From: Escherichia phage vB_EcoM_SQ17
DNA length: 64,000 nucleotides
Strand: one strand, 5' to 3'
Sequence record: MW882907
A program made the translations under genes and the position numbers. Positions 1-8,318 of this stretch are shown here, piece after piece (the stretch's first letter is position 1; each line of letters opens with the position of its first letter). The notes beneath the pieces were generated by a model. The model worked only from the letters and a program-made list of their open reading frames with translations. It was not told the origin of the DNA and ran no database searches.

Positions 1-15
1 TAATCAATTTAGCCA

Positions 16-378
16 TTATAGACTCTCAGTAAAGGTACGAGCGATAACATCGCGCTGCTGTTCCGGGGTCAGAGAGTTAAAGCGAACTGCATAACCGGAT
101 ACACGGATGGTCAGCTGCGGATATTTTTCCGGATGCTTAACTGCATCTTCCAGAGTTTCACGACGCAGAACGTTAACGTTCAGGTGTTGACCACCTTCAA
201 TTTTAACTTTAGGATGATGTTCAATTTCAATTTCACGGGCATTCAAACCGTAGAAAATTTCCGGGTCTACAATAGCGTCTTCTTTAAAAGTCTTAGAGAC
301 GATAATCCGGGCTTGAGTACCGTCTTCAAAATAAATAGTGCCTTTATGTGCACCTTCAAGAATTTGATATGCTTTCAT
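16..378 (-). CDS. autonomous glycyl radical cofactor (GrcA/YfiD-like)
   Basis: C-terminal ~60 aa ([60 protein letters not shown]) match E. coli GrcA from memory, including the RVSGY glycyl-radical motif; N-terminal half differs. Confidence 0.8.
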   Translation of the reverse strand: MKAYQILEGAHKGTIYFEDGTQARIIVSKTFKEDAIVDPEIFYGLNAREIEIEHHPKVKIEGGQHLNVNVLRRETLEDAVKHPEKYPQLTIRVSGYAVRFNSLTPEQQRDVIARTFTESL

Positions 379-384
379 ATAACC

Positions 385-690
385 TCAATTAGAAAATAAA
401 TTTATCCAAGTTTTTTCTTTAATCAAAAATGGGTCGGAATTAAACGCCATTAAACTTTGAGTGATTAATCCCTTAAATGGCCCATCAATAAATTCCATTT
501 TGAAATGCGGAATACTAGTCATCAACCGTGCATTAGGAGCAGTACAAAGAACCTGCTGCCCTGCGAACGGACCTTTAGTCAAACGATATCGTTTAGGTTT
601 AAAATGGTAAATCTCGTAATTTTCTACAAGAGCCCTTTTATTGCATACTGGGCTGTTATAACAATACTCAAAAACTTCAATAGTGGTCAT
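385..690 (-). CDS. hypothetical early protein
   Basis: ORF in track; start moved to Met overlapping upstream stop (ATGA); no recognisable motif. Confidence 0.4.
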   Translation of the reverse strand: MTTIEVFEYCYNSPVCNKRALVENYEIYHFKPKRYRLTKGPFAGQQVLCTAPNARLMTSIPHFKMEFIDGPFKGLITQSLMAFNSDPFLIKEKTWINLFSN

Positions 691-1229
691 CATTGCATTC
701 CAATCACAAAAAATTGAGGACGAGCAATACCGCCGATGCAATATTTGCTTTTGCAGCAGTACTGTACTGATTTAATATGGACATTGTAAATCTTATCCAT
801 ATCAGGAGCTTTAATAGGCTCGTCAATTATATACAGAATACGAGAAAGCGTTAATCCACGGAATTTAGAACCTTCATTACCAATAAAACTACGGACAGAA
901 TCAGTAAATAAACGGAATCGAATATCATCGCTAGAATAACGAGAAAATTCTTTTTTAATGTTGCCAGCAGAAATTTTAGCATAAGCTGAAGTATTAGAAA
1001 GAACAATAACTGTTCCACCATCGTGCAGCCAATTAGCGGCAAAATTAGTTACTGCAGTCGATTTACCCGATTGTCTGCCGCCGTCTAAACGAAGTGTACA
1101 GTACTGCTTGAGTACTTCTTCAAATGGCGGGATATAACCATTCTTACAAATTTCTTCTACTCTAGCATCAGAATGGTGTGTAAAAGCATTCATCAGGGAT
1201 AGATAAGGTCCAGTTAAAAATGTTCTCAT
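690..1229 (-). CDS. P-loop NTPase, function unknown
   Basis: Walker A GGRQSGKST and Walker B-like ILYIIDE in 179-aa ORF. Confidence 0.5.
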   Translation of the reverse strand: MRTFLTGPYLSLMNAFTHHSDARVEEICKNGYIPPFEEVLKQYCTLRLDGGRQSGKSTAVTNFAANWLHDGGTVIVLSNTSAYAKISAGNIKKEFSRYSSDDIRFRLFTDSVRSFIGNEGSKFRGLTLSRILYIIDEPIKAPDMDKIYNVHIKSVQYCCKSKYCIGGIARPQFFVIGMQ

Positions 1230-1402
1230 TTAGTTTCTCTTTTAGGTTGGGCCATTCCGCGGCACATGTTAGGTCCTTCGACTCGCTATGTAAACCCATT
1301 ACCGCACTTGGGCTCGACCTTATTACAGGTTGGAAAAGGTACATCACTCAGAGGACTCGACGTTCATAAGGAGAGGTTGCGTTTCCCTTTATTAGGCAAG
1401 AA

Positions 1403-1732
1403 TTATACTCTAGGCTTTTGAGCTTGTTTGGTATTGGATTCCCATGCGGCTTTGGTAATTTTGTTAGCGGCATAACCAAAGGCACTAGATAGAACACCTT
1501 TAGAGTTGAATACGTCCAATCCAATAAGTACACCGGCTGTGTTAAATTTAGGAGCAAAGTACGCATTAGTTTTAGAAAGAGCTTTTTTCAATTCAGGGTC
1601 TTGAACCAAGCCATCAAAAACGCCTTTACTATTTACTTTATATGTTACTTTGGGATTTTTAGCTTCTTCGATAGCAGCTTTCTGTTCCGCAGATAATGTA
1701 ACTTCAGTGATAAACTCTTGATATGTTTTCAT
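1403..1732 (-). CDS. internal protein (IP)-like, capsid-targeting leader
   Basis: N-terminus MKTYQEFITE matches T4 IP capsid-targeting sequence ending in the gp21 protease site (I-x-E). Confidence 0.6.
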   Translation of the reverse strand: MKTYQEFITEVTLSAEQKAAIEEAKNPKVTYKVNSKGVFDGLVQDPELKKALSKTNAYFAPKFNTAGVLIGLDVFNSKGVLSSAFGYAANKITKAAWESNTKQAQKPRV

Positions 1733-1770
1733 ATGTTTCCTTTAAATGTAAATAGGCCTAAGTATCGGCC

Positions 1771-2349
1771 TTAATTACCACGGGCTGCATTAGCAACGGC
1801 ATAAGCGTACTGAACATTAGCGTCTTTAAACGTACCTTTAGAGGTATCTATTTCTGCCTTAAAGCCGCCTTTAGCCATAACATCGGCAAATTCTTTACGG
1901 AAAGCCATTGCATCAAGACCTTTCCATGATGATTTATGCTTGGCAAATTCAAGACCTGCGAAGTTGACAGCTTTAGCCAATTTATTATCAATGACCCATT
2001 TACCGGCTTTAGGCACAAACTTCGGTCCTTTTTGTTTAGAGAACAGTTTTAAATTCCAGCGACGAAGATCACTGTCGGCTTTAACAAAAGCTGCGTCTAA
2101 GTTACTAGCAACAACATCTTCAATATGAGCAAATTTAAGTCCGTCAACTTCAATATTTAGATCGTTACGCCAGCGAAGTCCTTCCCAAGCGAAGGCTTTA
2201 AAATCAGAAGCTTTTGTGGCTAGATATCGTTCAAGTGGAGCAGTTTTAGGGTCAAAGCCGTTTCCGCCACGATAAGTCCACTCGTCCTTATTAATGCCTT
2301 GAGCTTTTCCTGCAAAGGCCTCGGCGATAAATTCTTTATATGTTTTCAT
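1771..2349 (-). CDS. internal protein III-like
   Basis: Internal Met start gives MKTYKEFIAEA leader; ~192 aa like T4 IPIII; own early promoter upstream. Confidence 0.6.
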   Translation of the reverse strand: MKTYKEFIAEAFAGKAQGINKDEWTYRGGNGFDPKTAPLERYLATKASDFKAFAWEGLRWRNDLNIEVDGLKFAHIEDVVASNLDAAFVKADSDLRRWNLKLFSKQKGPKFVPKAGKWVIDNKLAKAVNFAGLEFAKHKSSWKGLDAMAFRKEFADVMAKGGFKAEIDTSKGTFKDANVQYAYAVANAARGN

Positions 2350-2379
2350 TTTTGTTTCCTTGTTTGTTTTGATAGAGTA

Positions 2380-2409
2380 ATTATACCATATTAACACTTA
2401 AGCGTAAAC
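2380..2409 (-). promoter_or_regulatory. T4-type early promoter (GTTTAC -35, 18 nt, TATAAT -10)
   Basis: minus-strand GTTTAC ... TATAAT ~30 nt upstream of IPIII-like start. Confidence 0.6.
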
Positions 2410-2412
2410 AAT

Positions 2413-2673
2413 TTAAGCTTTACCGCCAGAAATAATTCCGAAGTTGTTAAAATCGTATCCAATATCGTCAACATCTACTTTAGGGCTTGCTACAACATAA
2501 GCAATTTCACTACGTTTTGCATAGGTGTTGATTTCTTTACCATCGCCACCTAAGAAAAAATACCCATTACGTTTTAATGAGCCAAAGTCTTCCGCATCAC
2601 CAATGAAAGCTTTAACTTTAAATTTAGGACCTTTGGCATCTGCTTCAATGATAAATTCTTGATACATTTTCAT
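2413..2673 (-). CDS. internal protein (IP)-like
   Basis: N-terminus MKMYQEFIIEA leader. Confidence 0.55.
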   Translation of the reverse strand: MKMYQEFIIEADAKGPKFKVKAFIGDAEDFGSLKRNGYFFLGGDGKEINTYAKRSEIAYVVASPKVDVDDIGYDFNNFGIISGGKA

Positions 2674-2679
2674 TTTTCC

Positions 2680-3093
2680 TTAGTAAATTGATTTACCATA
2701 GTATTTGTACCAAGTAGGACGTTGAGCAATTTTTTCGTCTAAACGTGCTTGACTTATCGCAATGGACGCTTCGGACGGGACATAATTATTACGAAATTCG
2801 GCAGGGATGTCGGAAATATCCTGGACAGTCGTGTCCTTGATTTTGAAACCACGTTTCAAACATTCAGCGATTAGCTCGATTTGTCGTAAACGTAAAAATT
2901 CGAGTTTGTCGTAAAAGAATGTTACGTGACCTGTGCCTAAGATAAATGTTGGAGAGATTTTAAAATCCTTTACACGTTTACCGTTTTGAACATGTTTACG
3001 GACTGCACCAAATACGCGTGGTAATTCACGATACTCAGCCATAAGATGTTGGTCGGTCAGTTCAGAAACAAGTGTTAAATTGATACGAGTCAT
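2680..3093 (-). CDS. denV: endonuclease V, pyrimidine dimer DNA glycosylase
   Basis: [12 protein letters not shown]...[12 protein letters not shown]...[19 protein letters not shown] near-identical to T4 DenV from memory; internal Met start. Confidence 0.9.
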   Translation of the reverse strand: MTRINLTLVSELTDQHLMAEYRELPRVFGAVRKHVQNGKRVKDFKISPTFILGTGHVTFFYDKLEFLRLRQIELIAECLKRGFKIKDTTVQDISDIPAEFRNNYVPSEASIAISQARLDEKIAQRPTWYKYYGKSIY

Positions 3094-3151
3094 AAGTTCC
3101 TCCAAGTAGTTGATGAATGTATAGTATCAAAACCCTTGGAGGAAGTAAACA

Positions 3152-3433
3152 CTATTTTTCTGAAGCGCCTGAAATATATTTTTCAAGACGTTGTTTCATC
3201 AGCGAGCCGTTCTTAGCGATTTCTTCCGGTTTATCACACATACGCAACAAGGCTTCAAGCTTAACGATATCGCTGGTACGTTCAAATTTGCGAGTATCTA
3301 TCTTACTAGCAAGTTCAGAAATACGTGCTAATAGACTTTCGGCTTCAACCAAAGCTGCACCTAGCTTAGTTGCAAAGGTGTCAGTAGCTTCGTTAAGAAT
3401 AGATTCTGATAAAAATTCACTATATGTTTTCAT
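3152..3433 (-). CDS. internal protein (IP)-like
   Basis: Internal Met start gives [10 protein letters not shown] leader; sits between denV and e where T4 has ipII/ipIII. Confidence 0.55.
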   Translation of the reverse strand: MKTYSEFLSESILNEATDTFATKLGAALVEAESLLARISELASKIDTRKFERTSDIVKLEALLRMCDKPEEIAKNGSLMKQRLEKYISGASEK

Positions 3434-3918
3434 ATATACGCTTTCCAAGTTCCTGTTTTAAATGTTGAGATTACGCGTTTCGCGCGATTAGGTGTCTGAC
3501 GATACCACTTAGATTGGGCTAGATTTACTGCCGCTTCGTCCCAACGTTTCTGTTGAAGCATACGAAGAGAATTAGTAAAACCAGCGACGCCTGCTACACC
3601 CATTTGGAAGACCATATTGACCAATGCACATCGACGAACTGCATCTAAAGAATCATATACCGGTTTAAGTTTAGCATTACCCAAGATTCCGCGAACAGCT
3701 TTATCAACATCTTCATTAAATAACTTTTCAGCCTCATCAAGGGTAATTGTACCGTTGCATTTACGTCCGATCATTCTGTCAAGTTCAGCTTTAGCTACGG
3801 CTAAAGACGGGTTCTTTGTTACTAAATGGCCTATGCCAATCGTCCAAAAGCCTTCAGTGTCTTTGTATAAAGACAGTCTAAGACCTTCGTCATTACGAAG
3901 CATTTCAAATATATTCAT
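3430..3918 (-). CDS. e: lysozyme (endolysin)
   Basis: [27 protein letters not shown] ... RAKRVI.TF.TGTW ~80% identical to T4 lysozyme from memory. Confidence 0.92.
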   Translation of the reverse strand: MNIFEMLRNDEGLRLSLYKDTEGFWTIGIGHLVTKNPSLAVAKAELDRMIGRKCNGTITLDEAEKLFNEDVDKAVRGILGNAKLKPVYDSLDAVRRCALVNMVFQMGVAGVAGFTNSLRMLQQKRWDEAAVNLAQSKWYRQTPNRAKRVISTFKTGTWKAYI

Positions 3919-3952
3919 AATACCTCCCACGTTTATAGGAGGTATTTATTAC

Positions 3953-4411
3953 TTATAGGATGGTAGTGAGCACCTTATATAATGATTTGCCCATTACATA
4001 TTCCCATTGAGAAGGTTTAATTAAAGCGAATGCATCAAATTCAGGAATCTGTCGTCCGTCTGGGAACGTATGATAGGAATTACAAACACTGTTTCTGAAT
4101 TGCTCGTGCTCTACAGGGATGGTATATAAGAACAGATGAATATTCTTATTGTCTGAGTAATGATGATCACCTAGGTCTTTCAGGAAGGCAGGGTCATATT
4201 GTGTAAACCCGGTTTCTTCTTCGCATTCACGAATAGCGGCTTCGATAGGAGATTCGCCGGGCTCGACACGACCTTTAGGAATATCCCACCGATGAGCTAA
4301 AGAACCTTTAGGACGAGAACCAGTTACACGCCCCATGAATAATTCTTTATCTTCGGTAAGGAAAATAATACCAGCTGATAGTTCTTTCACTTTATTTTTC
4401 TTACTCATCAT
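3953..4411 (-). CDS. nudE: Nudix hydrolase
   Basis: Nudix box GRVEPGESPIEAAIRECEEETGF; position downstream of e as in T4; start uncertain among three Met. Confidence 0.8.
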   Translation of the reverse strand: MMSKKNKVKELSAGIIFLTEDKELFMGRVTGSRPKGSLAHRWDIPKGRVEPGESPIEAAIRECEEETGFTQYDPAFLKDLGDHHYSDNKNIHLFLYTIPVEHEQFRNSVCNSYHTFPDGRQIPEFDAFALIKPSQWEYVMGKSLYKVLTTIL

Positions 4412-4806
4412 CTCAAATTCCTGCATTCGGTAATAAAACGTTCAACTTCATTATTCTTGGCCTTTATCTTGTCTTTATGTTCTTGTAAACTACTTTTAAT
4501 AAGATTAATAATGATGGCAGCGGTACCGCCGCCAATGATGCCACCAACAACACTTATGATAATAGATGCTAATAAGATAGCAATAATATCAACAAAACCG
4601 AAAGAACTCACCTTAGTACTGAAAAACCATATAGACGGTACAAATATAATCCATCCTGTTATCCATTGACACTTATTGAAAAACTTTTCAAGCTCAGCTT
4701 GAGTTGTTCGTATTACTTCATCGATAGGTTGATATCCATTAATGTATCTGTTCACGATAATACCTGCTGGCTGGTCGATTTTAAATTCTTGGCAAATACG
4801 TTTCAC
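4408..4806 (-). CDS. membrane protein, function unknown
   Basis: Two hydrophobic segments (WITGWIIFVPSIWFF; IIAILLASIIISVVGGIIGGG); C-terminal ERFITECR tail. Confidence 0.4.
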   Translation of the reverse strand: MKRICQEFKIDQPAGIIVNRYINGYQPIDEVIRTTQAELEKFFNKCQWITGWIIFVPSIWFFSTKVSSFGFVDIIAILLASIIISVVGGIIGGGTAAIIINLIKSSLQEHKDKIKAKNNEVERFITECRNLR

Positions 4807-4887
4807 TAAGTAGGATGGACATCCTGTCCAATCTACTGAATAGTATGAAATACCTTCATTGATTAGACCAATATGTTTTGTTAATCA

Positions 4888-5574
4888 TTACCAGCCTTCC
4901 ATAGGGAATTCCAGATAAACTTGAGCATTGACACGAATTTCATTGGTAATCTTTTTAACTCGGTCTGTATTACGAGATACACGTCCGAACCAACGCCATC
5001 CATTACTAATTGCACGAGAACCAGTGTGCCATGTTTGCCAATCAAACTGAAGAAGAGTACGATCTGGAGCTTCCCATTTCTCTAGTTCACCTTTTTCAAT
5101 TTTTTCGAGGACTTCTTTGTGCCACTGACGATAGATAAGTTCGCCATCAGGAATCTGACTGAACTCTGCAGTTCCTGTTGCAAAATGAGTAGGACACACG
5201 TCAGCGTTAACAAGACCAAGAATATGTTCAGACAAATAGCGAGGATTGTCATAATCAGGTTGTCCTGCAGTAATAAAGTGTTGACCAACTGGAATATCAG
5301 GGCGTGGTACATCATCATGGTGATATCCAGGAATAGCAGGATACCAACCAGGCATCAGCATGTGGACTCGTGAATCAAATACTACATCAGAGTCTTTCCA
5401 ATCGTCAGGAAGATTTTGGATAAAGCTACGAGTAATTGGGCCGCCATTATCAAAAGCAAAATTCAAATCGCAGTTAAAGAACATAGGCTCGTTTTTAATC
5501 TGGTCGTTTTTAATCGCATGAGCAAAACCACCTACTGCACGAGCTTGACTATTAAACACTTTAGAACTATTCAT
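4888..5574 (-). CDS. hypothetical protein (His/Asp-rich, possible metal-dependent enzyme)
   Basis: 228-aa ORF, tight spacing with neighbours; PGYHHDDVP and CPTHFATG motifs; no secure family assignment. Confidence 0.4.
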   Translation of the reverse strand: MNSSKVFNSQARAVGGFAHAIKNDQIKNEPMFFNCDLNFAFDNGGPITRSFIQNLPDDWKDSDVVFDSRVHMLMPGWYPAIPGYHHDDVPRPDIPVGQHFITAGQPDYDNPRYLSEHILGLVNADVCPTHFATGTAEFSQIPDGELIYRQWHKEVLEKIEKGELEKWEAPDRTLLQFDWQTWHTGSRAISNGWRWFGRVSRNTDRVKKITNEIRVNAQVYLEFPMEGW

Positions 5575-5575
5575 A

Positions 5576-5881
5576 TTATTTTCCTCGACATTCTTTAATG
5601 AAATTTTCTAGATTGGTAGATTCAATAGCTTTTTTACGAGCTTCCGCGTGTTCTTCTTCAGACAATTTACGTTTATAATTGACCCAGACATTATGGTCGA
5701 AACTAGTCGTGGCATATAATAACAATGCTCCAACGAATAGCAAAAACGGCGATAAGAATACAAAACCAGGAACACCATCCATATCGTAAGCCTTTTGTAA
5801 TACTGCAACAGAAAGAGCTGCGTAAAAAGGTGATGCAAATATTGTTAAAAGACCGATTCGATTGGTTTCTGTTAATTTCAT
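5576..5881 (-). CDS. small membrane protein, function unknown
   Basis: Two hydrophobic segments; C-terminal NFIKECR tail similar to the ORF at 4408-4806; early promoter directly upstream. Confidence 0.4.
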   Translation of the reverse strand: MKLTETNRIGLLTIFASPFYAALSVAVLQKAYDMDGVPGFVFLSPFLLFVGALLLYATTSFDHNVWVNYKRKLSEEEHAEARKKAIESTNLENFIKECRGK

Positions 5882-5909
5882 AATATTCTCCTCATGTTTT
5901 AATAGGACT

Positions 5910-5940
5910 ACTATAACATAGTCCCTATAATTGTGTAAAC
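5910..5940 (-). promoter_or_regulatory. T4-type early promoter
   Basis: minus-strand GTTTAC then ~17 nt then TTATAG upstream of 5576-5881 start. Confidence 0.55.
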
Positions 5941-5952
5941 AGTTTTGTGAAG

Positions 5953-6909
5953 TTATTTGAAAGGTTTTACCATATGGAAATTTTGTTTGAAACGTTTGAC
6001 GTAATCGTCATGTCCTAAGCTTTGGTACATACTTACTACTTTGCTGTAGTTTTCCCAGGCATACTCACGGAACCAACCAGAGGTGATGCTTGTGCAGACT
6101 TTTTCCAATGCCATCATGAAACTGGCTTCAGGGTTAATTTTAAAGTCATTAGGAATTTGAGAACGTTCTAATGCTAGTACACATGATTCTTCGTATACAC
6201 CGGCCAATTTGACCATTTCTGGTAATGATTCAAACTTCTCGCGTGAGGTCATGACTTCAGAACCGTCTTTCATATAAAATGTATACGCTGGACAGTCTGT
6301 TAGTGCAATGGCTTCATGAATAGTATCATGGTCATATGTATAGATGTCATCTTTAAAGAACGCACTTTTAGAAGTGTCAAGAACCGGGTGAGCATAGTTC
6401 AAGGTTTCTTTCTGGCGTTTCAGCATAATTTCAGTAAGTTCATCGTTCAGTGTAACACCTTTACCACGAAGATACTGAATATGGTTCATAGTCTTTAAAA
6501 AGAATGGATTATTTTTCTTGAAACGATGAGACATCTTAATGGCAAGACATATCTCAGGAGTTGCCCAGTAAAACCCGTTCAAACGGTCTTTAGTCAAATT
6601 TTTCTTGGCGTATTTTAAAAGGCCATAAGAAGACGTGAAATCTTCAGGAGTGAGTTCACCGACTAATTCACGGACATTAGTGATTGCCGGAACAATATAT
6701 GCTTCAAAATGAGTTTCGCGTCCATTATGGAAGCATTTGAAAACTTGGACATCAGGGTTATCTTGATGAACATATACACCCATCATTTGATTTTTGAATG
6801 CATTCCAAGAACCTTGGTCTGCAATAAAGTCCCAGTCACTATTTTTGATAGCGTTAGAATCAATAAGACCATGATAGTGAAGTGCACGAGAACCAATAAC
6901 TAACATCAT
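5953..6909 (-). CDS. hypothetical protein, possible nucleotidyltransferase-fold motif
   Basis: 318-aa ORF; N-terminal LVIGSRALHYHGL...NSDWDFI loosely fits the GS...DxD nucleotidyltransferase signature (spacing longer than typical). Confidence 0.45.
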   Translation of the reverse strand: MMLVIGSRALHYHGLIDSNAIKNSDWDFIADQGSWNAFKNQMMGVYVHQDNPDVQVFKCFHNGRETHFEAYIVPAITNVRELVGELTPEDFTSSYGLLKYAKKNLTKDRLNGFYWATPEICLAIKMSHRFKKNNPFFLKTMNHIQYLRGKGVTLNDELTEIMLKRQKETLNYAHPVLDTSKSAFFKDDIYTYDHDTIHEAIALTDCPAYTFYMKDGSEVMTSREKFESLPEMVKLAGVYEESCVLALERSQIPNDFKINPEASFMMALEKVCTSITSGWFREYAWENYSKVVSMYQSLGHDDYVKRFKQNFHMVKPFK

Positions 6910-6933
6910 AATATTTTCCTCGGATTAATTAAC

Positions 6934-7185
6934 TTAAATTTCACGACATGCGATATCATATTCATCCCAGAGGTCATCATGTGAAGCCTCTACCAATGGA
7001 ACGATTGTACCATTTATGTCTTCGTTATAAGGGCAAATTGTACAGTGTGCATCTTCAAATCGGATGCCTTTGTGTTCAGATTTTTTATAACGCATATCGA
7101 ATATCTTTGCAAACTTTTCACGAGTAATGGTTTTAGCAACCACTTCGGTTCCGATACTTTCGTAATAAATCATTGTGGACTCCAT
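6934..7185 (-). CDS. hypothetical small protein
   Basis: 83-aa ORF with CTIC..H..C residues; early promoter upstream. Confidence 0.35.
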   Translation of the reverse strand: MESTMIYYESIGTEVVAKTITREKFAKIFDMRYKKSEHKGIRFEDAHCTICPYNEDINGTIVPLVEASHDDLWDEYDIACREI

Positions 7186-7194
7186 TTAATTTGA

Positions 7195-7235
7195 TAGGAC
7201 TACTATAACATAGCCCTATCTTGTTGTAAACTGTT
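7195..7235 (-). promoter_or_regulatory. T4-type early promoter
   Basis: minus-strand GTTTAC ... TATAGT element, same repeat family as other early promoters in the window; coordinates approximate. Confidence 0.5.
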
Positions 7236-7433
7236 TTAGCAAGAATAACTAGATGATACCCAGCCTTGAACAGTAATGCTATTATTGGATAATGAGATCG
7301 CGTCCTGGAGATTCAGACCTGCGTTATCTTCAATCCACAATGTAACTTCTTCGCGTTCTTCTGTTGCAATTTGGAACAGGTTTTCCAGAGCAGCTACTGC
7401 CGTACGTACAGCACAATCTAATTCACGAGACAT
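7236..7433 (-). CDS. hypothetical small protein, C-terminal GWVSSSxxC family
   Basis: 65-aa ORF ending ...SITVQGWVSSSYSC; paralog of the adjacent ORF. Confidence 0.4.
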   Translation of the reverse strand: MSRELDCAVRTAVAALENLFQIATEEREEVTLWIEDNAGLNLQDAISLSNNSITVQGWVSSSYSC

Positions 7434-7442
7434 ATGGTTTCC

Positions 7443-7715
7443 TTAGCAAGTGTGAGAAGATGCAATCCAACCACCAGTTTCGAGGCTCAGGTTGTAGTCG
7501 TATTGGTAAACGTCAGCCCATTCGGCATAGCCGTTTTTTGTACAACGTTCAAGATCGGCTTTAAGTTGTCCGGGTGAATGATAGGTTCCACCCATACCAT
7601 AAGCTGGATACAAGTTGAATGTTGTGTTTTGTTTATCAGCAATTTCTTTGGCAGCCTCAATAGCTGCATAGATTTTTGCTACGGCTTCAGCCAGTTCGGT
7701 TTGTTCTTTAGACAT
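7443..7715 (-). CDS. hypothetical small protein, C-terminal GWxxSSxxC family
   Basis: 90-aa ORF ending ...GGWIASSHTC; same 3' junction architecture as neighbour. Confidence 0.4.
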   Translation of the reverse strand: MSKEQTELAEAVAKIYAAIEAAKEIADKQNTTFNLYPAYGMGGTYHSPGQLKADLERCTKNGYAEWADVYQYDYNLSLETGGWIASSHTC

Positions 7716-7724
7716 AATGATTCC

Positions 7725-7778
7725 TTAGCACATCGCAGAAGACGAAACCCAAGCACCTTTGGTAATAGAGGGTATGAA
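7725..7778 (-). pseudogene. 3' remnant of a third GWVSSSxxC-family gene
   Basis: Minus-strand reading gives ...FIPSITKGAWVSSSAMC-stop with an in-frame stop just upstream and no start; same stop-RBS-ATG junction as the intact paralogs. Confidence 0.35.
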
Positions 7779-7798
7779 TTAATAATAACACATAATTC

Positions 7799-8314
7799 TT
7801 AAAGCAAATCAATCATTTTAACGGTTGGCAAAACGATTTCTTCTTCAATATAAGCAAATTCGACACGTTCAACTACACGCAAGAAATCATAATCATAATA
7901 TTCAGAAGCATGGCCAAGAATATCAGTGAGACCTTCTGATACCAAATATCCATTCTCACGGAACAGGTCAAATACACGTGATTCGTCTTCTTCAGATTTA
8001 TTACCGAGGTCGACTTCAATATCAAAGACCTTTTTAATGAATTCTGGATAAAGCTGGTCCGAGAACAGTCCTTCAACCAAGTATTCATAGATTAAAAGCG
8101 AGCAATCACTGAATAGTGTATTACCACAGTAACGTTCAGCTTTAGTACTAGAATGACGACTCTTAAATTTCTTCAAGAGATATTTAAACTGTTGGATCTC
8201 ATGCTCTTCTACACCAAATAATGTTTTGGTTTTATAATTGTCGCCATCATTTTCCCAAGTAGTGACATCAATTACGTAACCTTTAGGAATTGTACTGCCT
8301 AAACAAATATTCAT
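7799..8314 (-). CDS. hypothetical protein
   Basis: 171-aa ORF, acidic; no recognisable motif. Confidence 0.4.
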   Translation of the reverse strand: MNICLGSTIPKGYVIDVTTWENDGDNYKTKTLFGVEEHEIQQFKYLLKKFKSRHSSTKAERYCGNTLFSDCSLLIYEYLVEGLFSDQLYPEFIKKVFDIEVDLGNKSEEDESRVFDLFRENGYLVSEGLTDILGHASEYYDYDFLRVVERVEFAYIEEEIVLPTVKMIDLL

Positions 8315-8318
8315 TTAC

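Noticed and set aside
133-399. Plus-strand ORF overlapping the GrcA-like gene, and many similar 60-120 aa antisense or nested ORFs in the track (e.g. 851-1042, 1940-2128, 7487-7669, 14814-15026, 19638-19841, 35371-35601, 40351-40695, 51757-51972)
   Set aside because: Fully nested inside or antisense to well-supported genes, with low-complexity composition and no ribosome-binding site; treated as spurious.
1348-1566. 72-aa minus-strand ORF overlapping the IP-like gene at 1403-1732
   Set aside because: Out-of-frame overlap with a better-supported gene and no independent start signal.
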